64,000 nt of DNA from Saprospiraceae bacterium (GTDB lineage: Bacteria > Bacteroidota > Bacteroidia > Chitinophagales > Saprospiraceae), in the NCBI GenBank assembly GCA_043767025.1, contig JAYUHK010000161.1, positions 54,502 through 118,501 of the forward strand, in the 5' to 3' direction. A model generated the notes under the pieces. It saw only the letters and a program-made list of their open reading frames with translations. It did not search any database and was not told where the DNA came from. Position 1 is the first letter of the stretch, and the number at the start of each line of letters is the position of its first letter. A program made the position numbers and the translations under genes. This document shows positions 46,266-54,702 of the stretch, one piece after another.

Positions 46266-46959
46266 GAGATAATTAATTAAGATTAATAAATGAGTATATA
46301 GATAAAATTTAACAAAGTCTTTTTCGATGAATGGCTCTAAAATATTATTTATTTTCCACTCTATAATAAGCTGGTAATCAGTATTTTATGTAAATAATTT
46401 AAACTTTTTGGGCAAAGCTCCGCCTATTAATTTTGTCGCACAAGTCGAAAAATTAGGTACAGGTGTGAAGACTTCTTGAACGCAAAATCCAAAAGCTATT
46501 CAAAGCGATGCTGATAAAAAAGTGTCACAGATGCTGCGAACTGCGCAACAAACTGACGGCATTGCGAAGCGGAAGTACATTCCACGCAAGGCATAAAAAG
46601 CAAAAAAAAAACGGTTGAGCGAAGGCGAACCAGTCCCAAGCAAAAGGAATAGGCTGCGACAGCGCATCTGAACTCACAAGAGTTGCAAAAATAAAAGTAC
46701 GGAACAGGTAATCAAAAAAACGCCGACTTTGGGAGTCGTAAGTTTTTTCATTACAGTAGATAGAATATCTATTACAGGTATGAATGTGTAATTTTCAGGA
46801 AGTACAAGGTTCAGGAATCGGTAATTGTCGTGTAATACAGGTTTTCGGTTTTCTCTTCGTAACGTTAAATTCGTATGTTCGGATATATAATGCTTACTCT
46901 TTTAATAAAACAATTATCGTGCCAAACACATTACAGAAAAATATAATTTGAAATAAAAA

Positions 46960-47018
46960 TTATTTATTATTATGTGTAAATAATTGATTGTCAATTATTT
47001 ACACATAATAATAAATAA
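46960..47018. repeat. Perfect palindrome: 28-bp arms with a 3-nt centre
   Basis: 46960-46987 is the exact reverse complement of 46991-47018; I checked this base by base. It lies 20 nt from the duplicated CBS 3'-end copy at 47039. Confidence 0.9.
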
Positions 47019-47038
47019 AAATATTTTATCATAGTCAT

Positions 47039-47071
47039 TTATACTGCTTTTATAATATCGAATTGGGTCAA
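47039..47071 (-). repeat. Orphan copy of the last 10 codons plus stop of the CBS gene (direct repeat, left copy)
   Basis: 30 of 33 nt are identical to 48403-48435. On the minus strand it still reads LTQFDIIKAV-stop. All three differences are silent (GCA/GCG, GTA/GTG, TAA/TAG). Confidence 0.85.
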
Positions 47072-47273
47072 TTAGGGTATGATTTTGTATAAAATTTTGG
47101 CAAGATTGAGAAGGCTAATTTTAACAACATACTAATAATGACTATTTTTGTGGTTGCCTTTTACAATATAAGCAAAACTGCGGCTGGATACGACATTGAT
47201 GCGTCCGATGGTCAAAAAGGGCAAAAAACCAAAGTAGAAAAACCAGTTTTAATCACTTCAAAATCTTTCAATC

Positions 47274-48287
47274 ATGGAACACTTACAACTTAATTTTATC
47301 GCAGATATAAAGCAAAAAGTCCGTTTGGCACAATACGAAGCGCTGAAGGTCGTGAATACGCATCTGATTCATTTGTATTGGGAAATAGGAAAATCAATCG
47401 CCGAAAAACAAACAGAAAATTGGGGCAAAGCTATTGTACCTACTTTGTCTGAAGAATTGCAAAAAGAATTTCCCGGTGTGGGCGGATTTTCTACTACTAA
47501 TCTGTGGTCGATGGCTCAATTTTACACTGAATATCATGATGTTGAATTTCTCCAACCACTGGTTGGAGAAATTAGTTGGACGAAGCATATTGTTATTTTG
47601 AACAAATGCAAAGACAACCAAGAAAGGCAGTTCTATATTCTTTCTACTCAAAAATTTGGCTGGACAAAAAATGTTTTAATTCATCAAATCGAAAATAAAA
47701 CATTCGAGAAGTATCTTTTGAATCAAACTAACTTTGAGGATACATTGCCTCCGTCGGTAAAAAATCAGGCTTATCTGGCTGTAAAAGACGAATATACATT
47801 TGATTTTTTGGGTTTGGCAGACGAACACAGTGAGCGGGAACTCGAAAACGCGCTCATCCAAAATATCCGCAACTTTCTGCTTGAAATGGGCTACCAGTTC
47901 GCATTTGTGGGTAGTCAATTCAAATTAGAGTTGGAGGACAAAGAATATTTTATAGACCTTGTGCTTTATCACAGGCAGCTGCAATGTCTGGTAGCTATTG
48001 AGTTGAAAATTGGCGAGTTTTTGCCAGAATATAAGGGCAAAATGGAGTTTTATCTTTCTCTGCTCAATGAAAAAGTAAAATTACCGAATGAAAAAGACAG
48101 CATAGGAATTATTATTTGTAAAGAAAAAAACAGAACCGTAGTCGAGTATTCTTTGAAAACATCTCAACTGCCCATTGGCGTTGCCACTTATACGCTTACG
48201 GATAAATTGCCCAAAGACTACCAGAATTTATTGCCTACGGGCAAAGAAATTAGCGACAAAATCAACAAATATTTCAATAATCTGTGA
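47274..48287 (+). CDS. DUF1016 / YhcG-family PD-(D/E)XK nuclease
   Basis: 337 aa. The YhcG-like N-terminal region reads LYWEIGKSI...FS..NLWSMAQFY...ISWTKH. The C-terminal nuclease core reads FAFVGSQFKLELEDKEYFIDLVLYHRQLQCLVAIELKIGEF (D...E.K). Confidence 0.85.
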   Translation: MEHLQLNFIADIKQKVRLAQYEALKVVNTHLIHLYWEIGKSIAEKQTENWGKAIVPTLSEELQKEFPGVGGFSTTNLWSMAQFYTEYHDVEFLQPLVGEISWTKHIVILNKCKDNQERQFYILSTQKFGWTKNVLIHQIENKTFEKYLLNQTNFEDTLPPSVKNQAYLAVKDEYTFDFLGLADEHSERELENALIQNIRNFLLEMGYQFAFVGSQFKLELEDKEYFIDLVLYHRQLQCLVAIELKIGEFLPEYKGKMEFYLSLLNEKVKLPNEKDSIGIIICKEKNRTVVEYSLKTSQLPIGVATYTLTDKLPKDYQNLLPTGKEISDKINKYFNNL

Positions 48288-48336
48288 CCTTAAATAAATT
48301 CTTAACAAATTCAATTAACGCTACGATAAAAGTAAT

Positions 48337-48368
48337 TTGAGCGAAGCATTTGTAAATACTTCGCTCAA
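48337..48368. terminator. Hairpin between the convergent DUF1016 and CBS genes (possible bidirectional terminator)
   Basis: A perfect 10-bp stem (ttgagcgaag / cttcgctcaa) with a 12-nt loop. The flanking T runs are weak on both strands. Confidence 0.45.
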
Positions 48369-48402
48369 TGAAAGCCTTAAAAAATATTTTTATCCGCACT
48401 AT

Positions 48403-48435
48403 CTACACCGCTTTTATAATATCGAATTGGGTCAA
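48403..48435 (-). repeat. Functional 3' end of the CBS gene (direct repeat, right copy)
   Basis: This is the counterpart of 47039-47071; see that feature. Confidence 0.85.
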
Positions 48436-49758
48436 AATATGCAGCACGCCAGTTTGGTCGCGGGTGAGGACGGCGGGGACTTTTCGGCTGATGTAGTGAC
48501 TCAACTGCCGATACGGAAGGTCAAAATTGACGAGCGGGAATGGTTTGTCCATAATGCTTTCGATGCTTTTTTCGGTGTTGTTGAGCGGATTCTCAAGCAT
48601 ATAACTCAAAACGGCGTTCTCGGTAATCGAGCCGACGATTTCGTCGCCTTTCATCACGGGCATTTGCGATATTTCGTGGTCTTTCATCGTTCCGAAGGCT
48701 TGTCGGACGGTGTCCGAAATTTGCACAGAGAAGAAAGTTTTATCCGCTTTTCGTTGTATCAAATCTTTCACTTGCAGCTCATCGTCCAAAAATCCGCGCT
48801 CACGCATCCAGTCGTCGTTGAAAATTTTTGCCAAATATCGACTTCCGTGGTCGTGAAAAATAATCACCACCACGTCGCTTTTTTTCAGTCTTCCTTTCAG
48901 TTGGAGCAAGCCGCCGAGCGCAGTGCCTGCCGAAAATCCCAGCAAAAGCCCTTCTTCGCGCGCCAATCTTCGTGTCAGGACAGCACTTGTTTTGTCATCG
49001 ACTTTCTCGAAATGGTCAATAAATTCCATTCTTACGTTGCCCGGCACGCACTCTTTTCCGATGCCTTCGGTGAGGTATGGATACACTTCGGTCGGGTCCA
49101 CTATGCCTGTTTCGTGTGCTTTTTTGAGTGCCGACCCGTAGGGGTCAATGCCCCAAACTTGGATGTTCGGATTTTTTTCTTTCAGATATCGGGCAGTTCC
49201 GCTAATCGTGCCGCCAGTGCCAACGCCAGCCACGAGGTGCGTGATTTTGCCTTCCGTTTGCTCCCAGATTTCGGGTCCCGTGCTTTCGTAGTGCGCTTGC
49301 TGATTGGAGTCGTTTTCGTATTGGTTTGCCCACCAAGAGTTAGGGATTTCGTTGCTCAATCGCTCAGCTACCGAATAATAGGAGCGTGGGTCGTGCGAAT
49401 CCACGTTGGTAGGGCAGACGATGACCTCCGCTCCGACGGCGCGGAGTATGTCAATTTTCGCTTTGGATTGCTTGTCGTTGGTCGTAAAAATACAGCGATA
49501 GCCACGCACTGCGCCCGCCAAAGCAAGTCCCATACCCGTGTTGCCGGAAGTACATTCGATGATCGTGCCGCCTTTGCGCAGCAAGCCTGCGTGCTCGGCG
49601 TCGTCCACCATTTTGAGTGCCATTCGGTCTTTGATGGAGTTGCCGGGGTTGAAAGTTTCAATTTTTCCGAGTATCAACGCGGGAATATCGGAAACGATTT
49701 TATTGAGTTTGACCAAAGGTGTGTTGCCGATGGTTTCGAGAATATTATTTTTATACAT
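48403..49758 (-). CDS. Cystathionine beta-synthase-like PLP enzyme (cysteine synthase fold plus a C-terminal CBS-domain pair)
   Basis: 451 aa. The PLP-lysine motif NPGNSIKDRMA and GTGGTISG are present, and the C-terminal ~120 aa have a tandem CBS-domain pattern. Confidence 0.85.
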   Translation of the reverse strand: MYKNNILETIGNTPLVKLNKIVSDIPALILGKIETFNPGNSIKDRMALKMVDDAEHAGLLRKGGTIIECTSGNTGMGLALAGAVRGYRCIFTTNDKQSKAKIDILRAVGAEVIVCPTNVDSHDPRSYYSVAERLSNEIPNSWWANQYENDSNQQAHYESTGPEIWEQTEGKITHLVAGVGTGGTISGTARYLKEKNPNIQVWGIDPYGSALKKAHETGIVDPTEVYPYLTEGIGKECVPGNVRMEFIDHFEKVDDKTSAVLTRRLAREEGLLLGFSAGTALGGLLQLKGRLKKSDVVVIIFHDHGSRYLAKIFNDDWMRERGFLDDELQVKDLIQRKADKTFFSVQISDTVRQAFGTMKDHEISQMPVMKGDEIVGSITENAVLSYMLENPLNNTEKSIESIMDKPFPLVNFDLPYRQLSHYISRKVPAVLTRDQTGVLHILTQFDIIKAV

Positions 49759-49851
49759 AATTTTTTTATAGAACTATTTATGATTATAAAATATTGTAAA
49801 TAATTGATTAGCAGTTACTTGTGCGACTAAAAACTAAAAACTAAATGGTTT

Positions 49852-49942
49852 TAAGTTCTTACACTAAAATAGATGACATTTAATATTCGACATAATTCGT
49901 TGATTTTCAATACTTTATGATGACTCAAAATTAAAAACTACT
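49852..49942 (+). repeat. Repeat family A, copy A4 (shorter at the right end)
   Basis: Aligns with A1, A2 and A3 but lacks about 15 bp near the right end. It overlaps the last 9 codons, including the stop, of the methyltransferase gene on the opposite strand. Confidence 0.85.
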
Positions 49943-50589
49943 TTTTTTTTTTTGTGAGCAACTATGACGTAATGACTGAAGAAAAACTCGGATTTCAGTT
50001 GAGTAGTTGATGTAATTTTAAAATTTCGTGACGTTAATTTTTCTTGATATTCTTTTAAGTCGTATTGGTGTGGGTGCAAAATATCTCCGGGCAAAAGTCG
50101 AAATAATTTTTTAAAAAATGAATAGTTGTGCGCGTCAATACTAATAACTAAAGTCCCCGTGTCTGCCAAAATCAAAGTCATGTTATCGTAGCATTTTTCA
50201 AAATTTTGGACGTGATTGATTACATTCATACAAAAAAGGTAGTCTATTTTTTGAGGCAAATTTACATCTTCCAATCCCGCATTTAAGAAAGTCACATTTG
50301 GATAATCGCTTTTCGTAAAATGCTCTAAATCAGCGTCATAACTATCCAAAAGCGGATCAATAGCATATATTTTTGGGTGGTCAAAAACCATAAAAATTCC
50401 AGCAGGTCCGCAGCCCAAATCTGCAATTACACCGTCGTTTTTCAATATATCGTCAATCCTACAAGTTTGTAAAAGTTGTAGCCAATATTTTTTTTTCCAA
50501 GTTAGATATGCGTCAAGATTTTTATTTTTAAGGTAGCGTTTCCACCAAATTCTTTCCGCCATTTGCGCTATTTTCCAGCGAATTTGCAT
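49915..50589 (-). CDS. Class I SAM-dependent methyltransferase
   Basis: 224 aa with motif I IADLGCGPAGIF. The C-terminal KKKKVVFNFESS-stop is encoded by an A12 tract plus repeat A4. Confidence 0.7.
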   Translation of the reverse strand: MQIRWKIAQMAERIWWKRYLKNKNLDAYLTWKKKYWLQLLQTCRIDDILKNDGVIADLGCGPAGIFMVFDHPKIYAIDPLLDSYDADLEHFTKSDYPNVTFLNAGLEDVNLPQKIDYLFCMNVINHVQNFEKCYDNMTLILADTGTLVISIDAHNYSFFKKLFRLLPGDILHPHQYDLKEYQEKLTSRNFKITSTTQLKSEFFFSHYVIVAHKKKKVVFNFESS

Positions 50590-50599
50590 ACTACTTTTT

Positions 50600-51499
50600 T
50601 TATTTTTTATATTTTATTTTGACAAAAAAACGTGGGTCGCGCGCGCCTAAAAGTCGAGCGACAGCTGGCGACAAAACTACTTTTACGTCCTCGCCGTACA
50701 CGTTTTCGGGCAGTTTATCAATCACTTTTACATACATAGTACGCCGTTTCATCGGATTGGTTACGGCGATAACAGAGTTTATGGGCGCAAAACGATGAAG
50801 TGCGTACAAATCCGTATTTTGTCCGCCGCTGCGTTGCCAAAAAGCTACGCCTTGCTCGGTAATTAATTTATTGCCGGCGTTGTCTTTTTCAAATTTTTCT
50901 TTGAGCTTGTCCACGCGTCCGATGAGTTTTTTTATTGCTTCATTAGTGTCACGTTTTACCGCTTTTCTCAAACTATCTGGGATTCCAGTCGTCGGCAACC
51001 AACCGACTTGGAGGAGTTGCCCTTCAGCAAGTTCAAGATTTTTGGAAAGTTTATTCCAAAATGTCACAGAATCGACAGAAACGCTAAAAATATCGTGAGC
51101 GACGTGGTAGAGCGACTCTTTTTTTGAATATGGAAAATAAACGGCGCAATAATGCCAACGTCGAAAATTTTTATCCTTGTATTTTTTCATCGCTGCGATC
51201 GGCATACTAATACTCAACAACTGGTTAATCGCAAGACCTTTTCCTTCTGAAAGCGAAGGATTGAGCCGTATAATTTCGTCTATACTCAATCCGTAGAACG
51301 CCGAAATAGAAAAAAGTGTCTGTTTTTTAGCAACTTTGTGCAAAAAAACGAGTTCTTTTGTGGCAGATTGCCGAACAAGAATCGTGTCGCGAAAATTAAG
51401 TTTGTAAAGACTGTCTTTTGCAGGCATTTTTTGGCAAAAAAGCAAGGAGGGAAGTGCTAATAAATAAAAAAAAGCGACGATTTTCGGTAAAAAATTCAT
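50600..51499 (-). CDS. Secreted LysM-domain protein (possible RlpA/DPBB-like C-terminus)
   Basis: Has a signal peptide. A LysM-like segment reads KKQTLFSISAFYGLSIDEIIRLNPSL...GLAINQLLSI, and a second weaker one follows. The C-terminal assignment is tentative. Confidence 0.5.
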   Translation of the reverse strand: MNFLPKIVAFFYLLALPSLLFCQKMPAKDSLYKLNFRDTILVRQSATKELVFLHKVAKKQTLFSISAFYGLSIDEIIRLNPSLSEGKGLAINQLLSISMPIAAMKKYKDKNFRRWHYCAVYFPYSKKESLYHVAHDIFSVSVDSVTFWNKLSKNLELAEGQLLQVGWLPTTGIPDSLRKAVKRDTNEAIKKLIGRVDKLKEKFEKDNAGNKLITEQGVAFWQRSGGQNTDLYALHRFAPINSVIAVTNPMKRRTMYVKVIDKLPENVYGEDVKVVLSPAVARLLGARDPRFFVKIKYKK

Positions 51500-51528
51500 G
51501 GTGTTAGTAAAATTAAAAGCACAAAATT

Positions 51529-52257
51529 ATGAAAATTATTGGGATAATTCCAGCCAGATTTGATTCAACGCGCTTTCCGGGAAAACCGTTAATAGAGATT
51601 GGGGACAAAACGATGATACAAAGGGTGGTCGAGCAGTGCCAAAAATCAAAATTATTGGATAAAATAGTAGTAGCTACCGACGACGAGCGAATTTTTGACC
51701 ATGTCACAAGTATCGGATATAATGCAGTTTATACTTCCAAAAGCCACCAAAGTGGTACGGATAGGTGTGCCGAAGTAGCTCGCCAGTATTCAGATTACGA
51801 AATTGTAGTAAATATTCAAGGCGATGAGCCTTTCATTCACCCGGAACAAATTGACGAAGGGATAAGAATATTGTTAGAAAATTCTCAATTTGACATCGCT
51901 ACACTATGTCACAAAGTAGAAAAAAAGGAAGATTTATTCAACTCAAATATCATAAAAGTAGTAAAAAATACCGCCCAAAAAGCACTGTATTTTAGCCGCA
52001 GCCCAATTCCATTCGTGCGCAGCTTCGAGCAAAATGATTGGCTCACAAAAACGACTTTTTACAAACATATCGGACTCTATATTTTCCGCAACACCGTCCT
52101 TTCTGAACTTACCAACTTACCGATGAGTAATTTAGAAAAAACAGAATCACTCGAGCAACTTCGTTGGTTGGAAGCTGGTTTTGACATCGGAATCAGAGAA
52201 ACTTCGTATGAAAGTTTTAGTATTGATACCCCAGACGATTTGTTAAAAATATCTTAA
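51529..52257 (+). CDS. kdsB: 3-deoxy-manno-octulosonate cytidylyltransferase
   Basis: 242 aa. The N-terminus MKIIGIIPARFDSTRFPGKPL is canonical, and NIQGDEPFI is present. Confidence 0.9.
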   Translation: MKIIGIIPARFDSTRFPGKPLIEIGDKTMIQRVVEQCQKSKLLDKIVVATDDERIFDHVTSIGYNAVYTSKSHQSGTDRCAEVARQYSDYEIVVNIQGDEPFIHPEQIDEGIRILLENSQFDIATLCHKVEKKEDLFNSNIIKVVKNTAQKALYFSRSPIPFVRSFEQNDWLTKTTFYKHIGLYIFRNTVLSELTNLPMSNLEKTESLEQLRWLEAGFDIGIRETSYESFSIDTPDDLLKIS

Positions 52258-52274
52258 TTTTTTAACAAATAAAA

Positions 52275-53723
52275 TTATCGCGCCCATTTTCGAGTGTTTA
52301 TCATCGCTTTGGGATAGTGCGCGCCCAGTTTTACGCCATATTTCTCTTGTTCCGAAAAGCTCATCAAGTCGGGCTGATGGACGTGTTCGGGCGGCAAACT
52401 TTTAAGTTCGGGAAGCCAATACTTTACAAATTTTCCGTCATGGTCGTACCTTTTTGCTTGCGTGATGATATTAAAGTAGCGATTTTCGCGCGGGTCGCTG
52501 CCGACTCCTGCCACATAATTCCAGTTGCCCCAGTTGCTACAAACGTCGTAATCAATCAAAATAGATTCAAAATATTCTGCGCCCATTTGCCAATTTATTA
52601 GCAAATCTTTGACTAAAAAACTCGCCACATTTTGCCGCCCCCGATTCGACATAAAGCCAGTTTGTGACAGCTCTTTCATGTTGGCATCAATAAATGGAAC
52701 TCCCGTCCGACCTTCAATCCAAATTTGCATCAAGCGGTCGTCGTTGCGCCATCTGGAGTCTTCTTCGCCCGAAGTTCCGCCTTTCATAAATATTTTATTG
52801 CCATATTTTTTTCCCATCAGGCGGAAAAAATCCCGCCAAATCAGCTCAAAAAACAACCAGTAAGTGGATTCATTCGCGCCTCGCGCGGCTTCATACCTCA
52901 CAATTTCGTGATAAATAGTTTTCGGCGAAAGGCAGCCTTGCGCCAGCCAAGGCGAAAATTTTGAGGAATAATCCAAACCCAAAAGCTCATTTCTGGTTTC
53001 TTTATACGTTTTTATCAAATTAGAATCCCATAAATAGTACTTCAATCGCGCCAAGCCCTCCGTTTCCCCTCCTTTGAATTGTGCATTTTTGGCTTCCGAC
53101 TCTGTAAAGTCCTCATGCCCAAAATCCGAGATAGTCGGTATCGCTCCGACATCAATTTTTTCGCTCCAAGTATTGAATTGTGACGGCGTTTCTAACGGTG
53201 TTCTCACTTTTGTAGTCCGCTCGACTTCCTTCCGAAAATGCGTAAAAACGTCTGGCGTATGTGCGACCGGAAACGGCAAATCTTGCGTGTGATAGAGCAT
53301 TTTTCCACGAGAATACCGCATTTCGGCACCTATCGTCCAGAGCTTTTTTTCCAAACTATCCTGCATGGAAAGCTCTTCTTGCGTCCGTTCCATGTTGCAA
53401 AAAACCCAACTTGCTTGTAGTTTTTGCGCCAATTCAAACACATCGACTTCCGAGCGTCCAGTCCGAACTACCAAATCGCAGCCCAATTTTTGTAATGATT
53501 TTTTCAAATCTGCAATACATTCTATAACGAATTGCGCGCGAAACTTGCCCGTTTTTGGAAAATCAAACCAACGAGTTGTACCTTTGTAAGTCCGCTCATC
53601 GAAAACGAACACAGGATAAACCTCGTCCGCTTCTTTCAAAGCCGCACAAAGAGCCTCGTTGTCGTGCAATCTCAAGTCTTGGCGAAACCAAATTACAGCA
53701 ATTTTCTTTTTTGGAATGGACAT
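52275..53723 (-). CDS. DASH-family cryptochrome / photolyase-family protein
   Basis: I chose the start at MSIPKKKIAVIWFRQDLRLHDNEAL. FAD-binding C-terminal motifs are present (TGVPFIDANMKEL..TGFMSNRGRQNVASFL, WGNWNYVAG). Confidence 0.85.
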   Translation of the reverse strand: MSIPKKKIAVIWFRQDLRLHDNEALCAALKEADEVYPVFVFDERTYKGTTRWFDFPKTGKFRAQFVIECIADLKKSLQKLGCDLVVRTGRSEVDVFELAQKLQASWVFCNMERTQEELSMQDSLEKKLWTIGAEMRYSRGKMLYHTQDLPFPVAHTPDVFTHFRKEVERTTKVRTPLETPSQFNTWSEKIDVGAIPTISDFGHEDFTESEAKNAQFKGGETEGLARLKYYLWDSNLIKTYKETRNELLGLDYSSKFSPWLAQGCLSPKTIYHEIVRYEAARGANESTYWLFFELIWRDFFRLMGKKYGNKIFMKGGTSGEEDSRWRNDDRLMQIWIEGRTGVPFIDANMKELSQTGFMSNRGRQNVASFLVKDLLINWQMGAEYFESILIDYDVCSNWGNWNYVAGVGSDPRENRYFNIITQAKRYDHDGKFVKYWLPELKSLPPEHVHQPDLMSFSEQEKYGVKLGAHYPKAMINTRKWAR

Positions 53724-53778
53724 TTTAAAATTAACGTTGGTGAAAGAAAGTAAAGATAAATGTAAGAACAAAAATGCG

Positions 53779-53786
53779 TAATTTTG
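53779..53786 (+). promoter_or_regulatory. Putative -7 promoter box (TAATTTTG) for the ChaN-like gene
   Basis: Matches TAnnTTTG, 42 nt upstream of the ATG at 53828. It lies inside the 18-codon upstream extension of the listed ORF. Confidence 0.4.
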
Positions 53787-53827
53787 GTTTTTATTTCAGT
53801 TCAAATTTTTCATTTTTAACAAAAATT

Positions 53828-54700
53828 ATGCAAAAAAATCTATTTTTTTTAAGCCTTGTTTCTTTTTTGTCGCTTCAGTTGATGGCACAAACAAAACCAG
53901 CCTACCAACTTTTTGACGGGAATGGCAAAAAAGTGACTTATCAATATTTTGTCACAAATATTGCTAAAAAAAATATTATTTTTTTCGGCGAACAGCACAA
54001 TAACGCAATTGCACACTGGTTAGAATTGCAGATAACGAAGGATATTTTTGCGGAAAAAAAAGGAAATTTAATGCTTGGCGCAGAAATGTTTGAAGCCGAC
54101 GGTCAGACTATTTTTGAAGAATTTTTGGAGGGTAAAATTCCCGAAAAAAACTTTGAAAAAGAGATGCGTTTGTGGGACAATTACAAGACGGATTACAAGC
54201 CGATGGTGCAGTTTGCGGTAGAAAAAAATCTAAAATTTGTGGCGACTAATATTCCAAGACGCTACGCAAATCTGGTGTTTCGGGAAGGTTTGGACGGCTT
54301 GAATAGCCTCTCCACAGAAGCCAAAAAATGGATAGCTCCTTTGCCGATAGAGGTAGATTATAAGCTCCATACTTACCAAGAAATGCTGGGTGGAGATGAA
54401 AATGCGCACACCAAAGAAGACTTCAAATTTCCCTCTGCGCAAGCAATCAAAGACGCAACTATGGCGCATTTTATCCTAAAAAACTATAAAAAAGAGGTCA
54501 CATTTATTCACTTCAATGGAGCTTTTCATACCGACTTTCAAGAGGGAATTATTTGGTATGTAAAGAAAAAACGCTCCGATTTGACTGTCACAAATATCAC
54601 TACAATTAGTCAAGATAATATGGAACAATTAGACGAAAAAGAACTCGGTAGAGCCGACTTTTATCTTGTAGTTCCGACCGACATGACGACTACCTACTGA
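53828..54700 (+). CDS. ChaN-family (haem-binding uptake/Tiki-like, DUF399) protein
   Basis: I chose the start at MQKNLFFLSLVSFLSLQLMAQ, which is a signal peptide. IIFFGEQHNNAIAHWLELQI is typical of the family. Confidence 0.6.
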   Translation: MQKNLFFLSLVSFLSLQLMAQTKPAYQLFDGNGKKVTYQYFVTNIAKKNIIFFGEQHNNAIAHWLELQITKDIFAEKKGNLMLGAEMFEADGQTIFEEFLEGKIPEKNFEKEMRLWDNYKTDYKPMVQFAVEKNLKFVATNIPRRYANLVFREGLDGLNSLSTEAKKWIAPLPIEVDYKLHTYQEMLGGDENAHTKEDFKFPSAQAIKDATMAHFILKNYKKEVTFIHFNGAFHTDFQEGIIWYVKKKRSDLTVTNITTISQDNMEQLDEKELGRADFYLVVPTDMTTTY

Positions 54701-54702
54701 AA

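Noticed and set aside
48337-49803. A 488-aa ORF on the plus strand, the longest listed ORF at this locus
   Set aside because: It lies antisense to the well-supported CBS/cysteine synthase gene (48403-49758). Its translation is Arg-, Phe- and Val-rich with no recognisable motifs, so it is a typical shadow ORF.
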